A stretch of 61,850 nt of DNA from a virus (taxonomy: Duplodnaviria > Caudoviricetes): positions 1 through 61,850 of the IMG/VR virus record IMGVR_UViG_3300032218_001507; one strand, written 5' to 3'. The translations under genes and the position numbers were made by a program. Shown in pieces: positions 1 to 7,316 of this stretch. Every line of letters begins with the position of its first letter. Positions within the stretch are counted from its first letter, which is position 1. Under the pieces are notes generated by a model, which did no database searches, had not been told where the DNA came from, and was given only the letters and a program-made list of their open reading frames with translations.

Positions 1-1
1 A

Positions 2-67
2 GAACTATTAGACAAAGACCTGTGGGATACAGAAGGAGAAGAGAGTGCTACCTCAAAAGACGATTAA
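2..67 (+). CDS. 3' end of a truncated early hypothetical protein (...ELLDKDLWDTEGEESATSKDD*)
   Basis: Open frame from the window edge to TAA at 65-67; carries the SD (aaggag) of the next gene and the shared [DE]LW[DE] motif. Confidence 0.55.
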   Translation, partial: ELLDKDLWDTEGEESATSKDD

Positions 68-230
68 GTTTATTGAGTCGTTAGACCATGACGATTTAGT
101 TTGCTTTCTTTCTGTTTATTCCACAGCAACAAAAGCAAATGATAAAGAAGTCTATCAAGCAGTAAAAAACGAAATGATAAAAAAACTATCCGATAACAAC
201 CTAGAGAAAGAACTATGGGAAACAAAATGA
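45..230 (+). CDS. Hypothetical early protein
   Basis: GTG start after aaggagaag SD; stop overlaps the next ATG (ATGA). Confidence 0.7.
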   Translation: MLPQKTIKFIESLDHDDLVCFLSVYSTATKANDKEVYQAVKNEMIKKLSDNNLEKELWETK

Positions 231-676
231 CACCAACACTAATAGCACCAAGCACAGAGACAAAGGTACAAGCAAGCAACACCTTGTCTTTTTATTGCTA
301 CACAATTCTTGCGGAAGCAGAGCAGATAATCATAAATATAGAAGAGACTGAATATAAAGATGTAAATGGTAGTTACACGCAAGTACCCACAGGCGTAGTA
401 AATAAATACCGCTTAGAGTCTCTTATCTACACAGGGTACTCAGACGGCATGACAGAGGGCATACGCCTAGACCGAATAGTCGTACGAGGATTCCGTAAAG
501 ACGGCGGGCTAAAGTTTCGTGACACTTCTTTTTATGGTCAAGCACCGATTATGAATAAAGTCATGCCACAAATCCCCGATAGTTACCACGACTACGCAAG
601 AGAAGCGTGGGAAAAAGAAGCAATAGAACTACAAAAGAAACTAACTAACATGACAGCAATAGGAGTGCAGGTATGA
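227..676 (+). CDS. Hypothetical early protein
   Basis: ATG at 227 coupled by ATGA overlap; ATGA overlap with the next gene. Confidence 0.75.
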   Translation: MTPTLIAPSTETKVQASNTLSFYCYTILAEAEQIIINIEETEYKDVNGSYTQVPTGVVNKYRLESLIYTGYSDGMTEGIRLDRIVVRGFRKDGGLKFRDTSFYGQAPIMNKVMPQIPDSYHDYAREAWEKEAIELQKKLTNMTAIGVQV

Positions 677-1272
677 ACACCAAAGGAAAAAATCGCAAAG
701 AGCGTGTGCTAGTCCATACAAAGGTAAAGAAGTCTGACCTTACTCTTCCTAAAGAAGTTGGAGAGGCAATAAGAAGTTTGCCACTAGCAGAGCGCAAAGC
801 GTACTCAAATCTTTTGCGTAATGCTGGTTGGACTCTTCAATCCATAGCAACAGAAGTGGGAGTGACAAGAGAGAACATTCGTCTTTATGAGCGTTCTACA
901 CCTAGCGCAGAGACACTAGAAAAAATAAAAGACCTTCTCATTCCTGAAGTACCAACAGTAGAAATCTATAAAGACAGAGTAGTTAAGGTTTTGCCAAAGC
1001 CTGAAGTCATAGCACAACTAAAAGAACTTAAAGCCAAAGCCTCACTTGTAAGAGGCAAAGGTAAAGCCCATAGAGAAGAAGCAGAGCAATATACAAAACT
1101 TCTTTATGAAACTATGGAGAGTGGTGTATCTGGTTATCGTCTAGCAAAAGAATTAGGCGTAACTCATAGCGCAATTCTCTTTAGGCTTGTGAGATACGGC
1201 TATGCAACAACAGAAGGAAAGTCAAAGACATACAGACAACTAACCCATAGAAAGGAAAGCGACAATGCCTAA
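673..1272 (+). CDS. Tandem-HTH DNA-binding protein; first HTH is sigma70 region-4-like
   Basis: TLQSIATEVGVTRENIRLYE resembles sigma r4.2 (TLxEIGxxxxVTRERIRQIE); second HTH SGYRLAKELGVTHSAILFRL; aggag SD. Confidence 0.7.
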   Translation: MNTKGKNRKERVLVHTKVKKSDLTLPKEVGEAIRSLPLAERKAYSNLLRNAGWTLQSIATEVGVTRENIRLYERSTPSAETLEKIKDLLIPEVPTVEIYKDRVVKVLPKPEVIAQLKELKAKASLVRGKGKAHREEAEQYTKLLYETMESGVSGYRLAKELGVTHSAILFRLVRYGYATTEGKSKTYRQLTHRKESDNA

Positions 1273-1897
1273 TTGGTGTGTGAACGAGTTAATTATTGAA
1301 GGCAAGCCTAAAGACATTAGCAAGTTAATGAAGGCTGTTGAAGTAACTCAAAGCGAAGCAACAGAAGATACCTATGCACAAGTGTTCTCATGTCAAAAGG
1401 TTATTCCTAGACCGGCAAGTGAGAGCGCAAATTGGTATGAATGGAACATAGCAAATTGGGGTAGCAAATGGGATTTAAGCGACCCTAGACGAGATGACTC
1501 GGAATGGGAAGAAGGAAAAGTTGTCTACTCGTTTGAGAGCGCATGGAGTCCTGTTGTAGAAGTTATCTCTGCACTTGCAAAAGAACATAAGAAACTTTCT
1601 TTTACTTACAACTATTGGGAAGGTGGCTCTGATTTTTGGGGAGAACACGAATACAAGAATGGTAAAGAAGTTTCATACGAAGGCGGTTCTTTAGGAGAAG
1701 CAGGTTGCGAAAGACTTGAATACTTAATGGGCGACCACCACCAATGCCAAGAGTGTTGGGAAGCCGTTGAGTGTGCAGGAGATAAAACACCTGACTTATG
1801 TGATGAGTGCGAACTCAAATCAAAAGAGATAGAAACTGAACTATGGGAAGGAGAGATAGATGAAAGTGAAGCCGAACAACAAGTTAAAACTGCGTAA
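1265..1897 (+). CDS. DUF1281/YubB-like ferredoxin-fold protein with C-terminal Cys cluster
   Basis: MPNWCxN start, WYEWNIANWGSKWD and FESAWSP motifs; CQEC...C...CDEC tail. Confidence 0.7.
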   Translation: MPNWCVNELIIEGKPKDISKLMKAVEVTQSEATEDTYAQVFSCQKVIPRPASESANWYEWNIANWGSKWDLSDPRRDDSEWEEGKVVYSFESAWSPVVEVISALAKEHKKLSFTYNYWEGGSDFWGEHEYKNGKEVSYEGGSLGEAGCERLEYLMGDHHQCQECWEAVECAGDKTPDLCDECELKSKEIETELWEGEIDESEAEQQVKTA

Positions 1898-2099
1898 GGT
1901 TCAAGCAGGTCAATACCTGACAGACGATAATCGTTACTTGATTATCAAGTCTGATGAAGGCTGGTCTTGGCAAGTAACAGACGGCGCACAATGGGTAACA
2001 AAAGACAAAAGAAAATACAAAACAAAGTCATGGGTAGAAAGATGTGTGGAAGCAGAACGCTACCAAGAACATGACGAACTACAACTGTGGGAAGGATAG
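1860..2099 (+). CDS. Hypothetical early protein
   Basis: aaggag SD 6 nt before ATG; 79 aa ORF. Confidence 0.7.
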   Translation: MKVKPNNKLKLRKVQAGQYLTDDNRYLIIKSDEGWSWQVTDGAQWVTKDKRKYKTKSWVERCVEAERYQEHDELQLWEG

Positions 2100-2103
2100 A
2101 TAA

Positions 2104-2595
2104 ATTAAAAGCAAGACAACTAAAAGATGTTTCAAGTGCAATCGCTACAAAGCCACTCATCTTTTTAATCGTAATAGCGCACGCCCTGACAAGTTGCAGA
2201 CTCAATGCCGTAACTGTCAAAAGAAGTCTAGTGCTGATACTTACAAGGTTAATCACAAGGTAATGATTAAGCAGACTAAGTACGCTAAAGCAAAAAGGCG
2301 TGCGTTATTACAGGCTTATGTAGCCGAATACAAAAAGAACAATCCTTGCGTTGAAAAGAACTGTACCAACAACGACATAAGAGGGTTGGACTTTGACCAT
2401 GTAAGAGGAAGAAAGTTGTTTGATGTATCGGAAGGTATCAAAAGCGGTATTCCTCTTATCAAGTTACAAAAGGAGATAGGCAAGTGTGTTGTTAGATGTG
2501 CCTATCACCATAAGGTAAGAACAAGTAAAAAGAACAATGACTACCTAAACAAGTATGTAAAGACAAATAAACTCTATAAGAAAGCAAGGGCATGA
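2104..2595 (+). CDS. HNH-type endonuclease with N-terminal Zn finger; apparent ATT start
   Basis: FDH...KCVVRCAYHHKVRT HNH core; frame stays open upstream through KRCFKC...QCRNC to ATT at 2104, with aagga SD 7 nt upstream; fallback starts TTG 2194 and ATG 2263. Confidence 0.7.
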   Translation: MKSKTTKRCFKCNRYKATHLFNRNSARPDKLQTQCRNCQKKSSADTYKVNHKVMIKQTKYAKAKRRALLQAYVAEYKKNNPCVEKNCTNNDIRGLDFDHVRGRKLFDVSEGIKSGIPLIKLQKEIGKCVVRCAYHHKVRTSKKNNDYLNKYVKTNKLYKKARA

Positions 2596-2720
2596 TGAGT
2601 ACCTACAAGATAACTGCCGAAGTAGATGAACAATGGTTTCAGATACTTGGACAGATAACACGACACCAAGAAGGTTTCGTATGGCAAGCAGTAATAAAGG
2701 AAGGAGAAAATAATGGGTGA
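2592..2720 (+). CDS. Small hypothetical protein (42 aa, not in ORF track): MMSTYKITAEVDEQWFQILGQITRHQEGFVWQAVIKEGENNG
   Basis: ATGA overlap with the HNH stop; fills the gap and carries the SD of the next gene. Confidence 0.6.
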   Translation: MMSTYKITAEVDEQWFQILGQITRHQEGFVWQAVIKEGENNG

Positions 2721-2898
2721 GTTGTTTATTCGCCGTATCACAAGCCAAGATGAATTATGGCTATGTGATGATTGTGGTCAAGAAGGACTCAAAGCAAGCG
2801 GTAAAGAGATAAATCACAATGGCGAAATGGTCATGTGGTTCTGCTACAACTGTGTAGAACGAGTCAAAAGAACTATTGAGCGTAACTATGAGATGTGA
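2713..2898 (+). CDS. Small Zn-finger protein
   Basis: CDDC...CYNC; aaggag SD. Confidence 0.7.
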   Translation: MGELFIRRITSQDELWLCDDCGQEGLKASGKEINHNGEMVMWFCYNCVERVKRTIERNYEM

Positions 2899-3082
2899 GC
2901 AAAAGAAGGGTTACTCAACAAAGCATAGTGCAGAGAAAGCAATCACTATGATTTGGAAAACTCAATGGTTAAATAACAATCGCAAGAAGCCATGTGCAAG
3001 TTACAGGTGCGAGATTTGCGGTAAGTGGCACTTAACTAGCCAAGCACAAAGAAGGAAAGTCACAAAAGAAGGTACGAACTAA
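2888..3082 (+). CDS. Small Zn-binding phage protein
   Basis: C-x-x-K-K-x-Y...YRCEICGKWHLTS, a pattern common in small actinophage proteins. Confidence 0.7.
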   Translation: MRCEQKKGYSTKHSAEKAITMIWKTQWLNNNRKKPCASYRCEICGKWHLTSQAQRRKVTKEGTN

Positions 3083-3091
3083 AGATAAACT

Positions 3092-3135
3092 AAAAGGGGA
3101 ACAGGTTGCCAAGTGCAACTTGTTCCCCTTTTTTT
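3092..3135 (+). terminator. Intrinsic terminator, potentially bidirectional
   Basis: aaaaggggaacaggttgc-caagt-gcaacttgttcccctttttttt long stem with U-tract and mirrored A-tract. Confidence 0.9.
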
Positions 3136-3153
3136 GTTCTATTTGCTACTCGC

Positions 3154-3168
3154 TGGTAGGGTGACAGC
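3154..3168 (+). promoter_or_regulatory. Extended -10 promoter for a leaderless integrase transcript
   Basis: TGgTAGGGT-gacagc-ATG; no SD. Confidence 0.55.
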
Positions 3169-4482
3169 ATGGCTTACACAGTAGCAAGGAATGGCAGATT
3201 CACCGCCTATTACCGAAAAGACGGAAAAGTCAAATCGGTAGGAACTTTCAACTCTAGGGCTAAAGCACTCAACGCTGGATTACTTGCCGAAGAAGGCGAG
3301 TTTAATCTAATGCCCGACAATCAAAAGACTTTCAATGATTATCTTGAACAACTTGTGAACAACACAGAGATTAGGGTTATCACTCGCAAGACTTATTTAA
3401 CCCTGATAAAGAAGTATGCCCAACCCTCTTTAGGTACTCGTCGCATCTCGGCTATCAACAAGCGTGATGTTAAAGCCTTACTAGATGACCTAGCAAGTAA
3501 AGGTATAAGCACAAGCACTATCTCTCACTTAAAGACTTCTTTAGGTTCTTTATTTAGGCTCGCCATAGATGATGAAGCGATAGCCACCAATCCCACCCAC
3601 CGCATACGCATAGCCCAATCAAAGCCTGACCCTACATACAGCCTAGAAGCAGGGGACTTCAAGCGTATTCTAAAAGAACTTCCAACAGAGGGTAGTGTTC
3701 TTTTGGCTCGTTTTCTCATAGCGTCCGGCTGCCGGTACGGGGAAGCAACAGAATTAAGGGTTAAAGACTTTAACTTTAATTCTAAAGAAGTCTACATAAG
3801 AAGAACAGTAAGTGATGTAGGCTCTAAATATCATTCCGAGGGAAAAAGATTCCTCGTAGTACCAGCTACAAAGAATGGAAACAAACGCACAGTAGTCGTC
3901 TCTCAAGCTCTACTAGCAGAGATAAAGACCTTTGTAACAGCAAAAGCCTTGTCAAAAGAAGAATTAGTCTTCTCAAAGCACCTGGTTGAGAAGGCTAGTA
4001 AACTAGGAAGTCCTACCCAAAAGGTAGGAAAGCCTTACATCGTTGGAAGCAGAAGATTCCAACACGCAACGGCGTATTCATACAATGTTGGCGGTTGTCG
4101 GTGTGAGGCGTGTAAGCAAGCGGTTAGGGAGTACCGCAATCACTATAGAAAGGACAAGGGAAAGGGCAAGGTAGAAAGCCTTAGCAAAAGCCTTAGCAGA
4201 AGCGAAAGCCTAAGCAAAAGCATTAGCGAAAGCCACCTACCTCGTGACAAATGGCGAGCCATTTGGAACGAAGCCATCAACAAGTCAGGGATTGGTTGGT
4301 ATCCCACCACTCACGACCTACGGCACGCTAACGCTACTCAGTTGTTAAAGAACGGGGTAGATGTGCACGAGGTCAAAGAGAGGCTAGGTCACCAGTCAAT
4401 CGTAACGACGGAGAGGTATCTGCACCGTATCCGTCACCAGCAGTCAAACGCAGCCGAGGTTGTGAATGACTATTTGGAGTGA
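3169..4482 (+). CDS. int: Tyrosine recombinase/integrase with internal Zn-finger and repeat insertion
   Basis: Catalytic R (GCRYGE), K (TKNG), HDLRH, LGH, Y (ERYLH); N-terminal arm-binding-like and core-binding domains. Confidence 0.93.
   Translation: MAYTVARNGRFTAYYRKDGKVKSVGTFNSRAKALNAGLLAEEGEFNLMPDNQKTFNDYLEQLVNNTEIRVITRKTYLTLIKKYAQPSLGTRRISAINKRDVKALLDDLASKGISTSTISHLKTSLGSLFRLAIDDEAIATNPTHRIRIAQSKPDPTYSLEAGDFKRILKELPTEGSVLLARFLIASGCRYGEATELRVKDFNFNSKEVYIRRTVSDVGSKYHSEGKRFLVVPATKNGNKRTVVVSQALLAEIKTFVTAKALSKEELVFSKHLVEKASKLGSPTQKVGKPYIVGSRRFQHATAYSYNVGGCRCEACKQAVREYRNHYRKDKGKGKVESLSKSLSRSESLSKSISESHLPRDKWRAIWNEAINKSGIGWYPTTHDLRHANATQLLKNGVDVHEVKERLGHQSIVTTERYLHRIRHQQSNAAEVVNDYLE
4175..4234 (+). 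repeat. Degenerate hexamer/12-mer tandem array (aaagcc-ttagca) inside the integrase gene
   Basis: aaagccttagca aaagccttagca gaagcg aaagcctaagca aaagcattagcg aaagcc. Confidence 0.85.
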
Positions 4483-4484
4483 TT

Positions 4485-5066
4485 ATGAAACTAACAAAAA
4501 AATGGAAAATGCTTTTAGGAACATTTTCTACCATGCCTTTTGCGGTGGCTTTACTCATAGGGTTTGCAGCCCCAGCAGTAGCCCCAAGTAAGGCAGAAGC
4601 ACAAACGCTAGTGTTAAAGAAGTATGAAAACTATACCAAGTTTCAACCAAAGGAACTTGTGACAATGCTTGAGGCCGTAGGGTTTCAAGGTCAAGGTTTG
4701 AAATACGCATGGGCAGTAGCGATGAAAGAATCACACGGGAACGCTCTCAGTTATAACGGAAATGTGAACACAGGAGACCACTCCTATGGATTGTTCCAAA
4801 TTAACATGATTGGTTCATTGGCTGAAGTAAGACGAGCCAAATTAGGTTTAGCATACAACGCTGAACTGCTTAACCCTGTGAAGAATGCTAAGGCTGCTTA
4901 TTTTATGAGCGGTCGTGGCAAAGATTGGAGTGCATGGAAAGGCACACAGCAGAAAGTCGTACAAGACTGGCTTGCTAAGTACCCATACAAGGCGCACACT
5001 CAGGCGAAGAAAGCCATAGCAAAAGCAAAGGCAAAGACAAAGCCTATGCAAAAGCCAAAGCAATAG
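4485..5066 (+). CDS. Secreted lysozyme-like/lytic transglycosylase protein with basic K/A tail
   Basis: Signal peptide (...PSKAEA); catalytic ES in AMKES; GDHSYGLFQINM; NPVKNAKAA; WSAW. Confidence 0.85.
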   Translation: MKLTKKWKMLLGTFSTMPFAVALLIGFAAPAVAPSKAEAQTLVLKKYENYTKFQPKELVTMLEAVGFQGQGLKYAWAVAMKESHGNALSYNGNVNTGDHSYGLFQINMIGSLAEVRRAKLGLAYNAELLNPVKNAKAAYFMSGRGKDWSAWKGTQQKVVQDWLAKYPYKAHTQAKKAIAKAKAKTKPMQKPKQ

Positions 5067-5068
5067 CA
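5010..5068 (+). repeat. Second degenerate hexamer array (aaagcc-atagca type)
   Basis: aaagccatagca aaagcaaaggca ... aaagcctatgca aaagccaaagca atagca. Confidence 0.75.
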
Positions 5069-5074
5069 GAAGGC

Positions 5075-5117
5075 AAGAAGAAAGCCCCTAGCCATAAAGG
5101 TTAGGGGCTTTCTTCTT
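5075..5117. terminator. Bidirectional terminator at the convergence of + and - blocks
   Basis: aagaagaaagcccctagcc-ataaa-ggttaggggctttcttctt, 19-bp stem with one G-U pair. Confidence 0.9.
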
Positions 5118-5123
5118 TAGTAA

Positions 5124-7142
5124 TTACTGATTGTCTTTAATCAACTTAACTTCACAAGCATCCGTGGTGCAGTAAGCCTCACCAATAGCGTCAGAAGCCA
5201 TACCAGCATAAACACCCGCAAGGTCAATTGGGAACAACTTCATAGTTCCTTCTTTCTCGTACTCTTCTTCAGTAATCTGGGTGTAAGGCATCTGTGGATA
5301 AACCATGTTACCCATAGGTAAGAAACTAATCGTCTTTAACTGTCCGTCATACATATGTAAGACTGACTCAATAGACTCTGCTTCCTTCTCAGCGTCAAAA
5401 GTTACTGTTACTGAGACTGAGTTATCTGACCAGTATCTCTGAGCTGCAGCTGCAAGAGCAACCTTTTCATAAATTGAAACTTCTTTTTCGGCTCTTTTTG
5501 CATCTGTCTTTACCGGAAAGAATACAACACTCGTAGTTTCGGGCGATTCTGCTGCAGGTTCTACACGATAGTTAGCCATCTTAAAAAGCGGAAGCATAGG
5601 GTCATTGTTTGCAAAACGGATTGCTCTGTTAAAGAACTTTCCACCTGAAGCCCAGTGAACCCCTGGAGATTCACCAGCAAGAATAGAAACTGTGCCTGAA
5701 GGCTTAACAGTAGTCGTCTTTATGGACTCACGAATACCTAACCACTCTGAGTAGTTGATGTCATAGTTCTTTATGACCTTATAACCTTCATCCATCCATG
5801 TGCGAAGCACAGACCAACCATTATTATCTGCAAAGTTTGCTACACCAGAGATTGAAGTTCCAATACGACGGTTGCGTTGCATGATGGCGTTGGTCTCTTG
5901 CCAATGTGTAGGAATAAGAGTTACAGTCTTGGCATAAAGATAAGCAAACTTCAATGTTCTTTTGAAGTCCTCAAGGTTTTCATGGCGATTCAAATAAGTT
6001 TCAACCAAAGTACAACACTCGTAAGATTCAAGAGACTGTTCGGCACAAGGGTTGTACCCAGCAATACGCCAGTCTTTGTTGTTGATTGGGTCAGCCAACC
6101 GACCGTATTGACGAGAAACATCCATCCAAATAACGCCAGGCTCACCATTAAGAGCAATGCCGTCAATGATTGGAGTAAGGTTTTGACCTACTGCTACTTC
6201 AACAGAGTTGTTAGACATCCATCCGTAAGCCATGCGGTCAGGGTTTTTTTCATAGTTCTTTAAGTTAAGGAAACCTTCATCGTCTAAGCGGCCCATAAGC
6301 AACTCAGCACTGCGGCGTACATTTCCAGAAACAACACAGACACCAATCATGTTGCCAATATCGGCAATATCTCTACGAGTAAGTTTCTCTCCAGCTCTAC
6401 CGGTAAACATAGAGACGATATGGTCGTGTAACTTCTTTAAGGGTTCGTGTCCTGCGGCTGTTCCACCAAAGGTTTTGATTGGTACCCCTGCTGGGCGGAT
6501 TTCTTGGTAGCCAAATAATGGAGTCTTCGTATCTGGCTTGAGGTAAGAATTGAGGAGGGCGGCTGTTGATTCAACCCAGCCTTCTCGGGTATCTGGGATG
6601 ATGTATTCATAACTTTCTTTTGGCTCATAGATATTAAAGTCCTTGTCTGCTCCTTTGTCATCAAAGCCAACGCCCACTCCAAGCATTGAGGCTTCCATGA
6701 GGAAAGCGAATGGTTTTGCTGGGTCGGTTTTAGTCATTGACCCCGTTGAAACAAAAGCACAATTTTGTAGGGCTGCTGAGTTACGTTGTTCATTGACAAG
6801 AGGTGTACCCATAACCCAAAGACCTCGTCCAGGCGGAGTCCACTTTAAGTTAAAAAGACGGTCAAAAGCTTCTTTAGCCGAGGCTGCTGCTTTAGCATCT
6901 GACCATGGAAGGCGGTTGAGTTTAGCGTGGTCTTTCTGCAAGGAGTACATGCCATTGATGACCCTCTGGCAGACATCTACCCATGTTTCTTTAGTACCAT
7001 CTGGCTTCAGACGAGAATAGGTACGGAGAAAAGTAATCTCCCCTACCGAGTTTCCCGCAGCATCTTGATACCCAAAAGGAGCCTTCTTGCCCTTATACGA
7101 TTCTACGAATTCTCCTGCTAGTTCAAAAGAAAACAAACCCAC
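5124..7142 (-). CDS. nrdJ: Class II (adenosylcobalamin-dependent) monomeric ribonucleoside-triphosphate reductase
   Basis: RTYSR, PPGRGLW, LQNCAF, NPCAEQ, TTVKPSGTVS and C-terminal CTTDAC shuttle cysteines. Confidence 0.93.
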   Translation of the reverse strand: MGLFSFELAGEFVESYKGKKAPFGYQDAAGNSVGEITFLRTYSRLKPDGTKETWVDVCQRVINGMYSLQKDHAKLNRLPWSDAKAAASAKEAFDRLFNLKWTPPGRGLWVMGTPLVNEQRNSAALQNCAFVSTGSMTKTDPAKPFAFLMEASMLGVGVGFDDKGADKDFNIYEPKESYEYIIPDTREGWVESTAALLNSYLKPDTKTPLFGYQEIRPAGVPIKTFGGTAAGHEPLKKLHDHIVSMFTGRAGEKLTRRDIADIGNMIGVCVVSGNVRRSAELLMGRLDDEGFLNLKNYEKNPDRMAYGWMSNNSVEVAVGQNLTPIIDGIALNGEPGVIWMDVSRQYGRLADPINNKDWRIAGYNPCAEQSLESYECCTLVETYLNRHENLEDFKRTLKFAYLYAKTVTLIPTHWQETNAIMQRNRRIGTSISGVANFADNNGWSVLRTWMDEGYKVIKNYDINYSEWLGIRESIKTTTVKPSGTVSILAGESPGVHWASGGKFFNRAIRFANNDPMLPLFKMANYRVEPAAESPETTSVVFFPVKTDAKRAEKEVSIYEKVALAAAAQRYWSDNSVSVTVTFDAEKEAESIESVLHMYDGQLKTISFLPMGNMVYPQMPYTQITEEEYEKEGTMKLFPIDLAGVYAGMASDAIGEAYCTTDACEVKLIKDNQ

Positions 7143-7316
7143 TTACATACCACCATTTCTATAAATGTGTAAATACCCCTCAATAGGGAGACCTATTGTG
7201 ACGGGTGGAAACCTACCATGCACTTGCTAACTTTATTTACAGTTGAGGTGTGGCTTGGGTGGCTAAACTAGCATCCACCTTGCTCCACTACCCTCCCTTT
7301 ACTGTTATCAGATAAC

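Noticed and set aside
3083-3168. attP site next to the integrase
   Set aside because: The gap is explained by a terminator and promoter; no tRNA-like core recognised, and a host sequence would be needed to test it
7143-7316. Cobalamin riboswitch or NrdR boxes upstream of the B12-dependent nrdJ
   Set aside because: No B12-box or GGGAA...GCCACTG core and no convincing 16-bp NrdR palindrome pair by eye; an Rfam/RegPrecise scan would settle it
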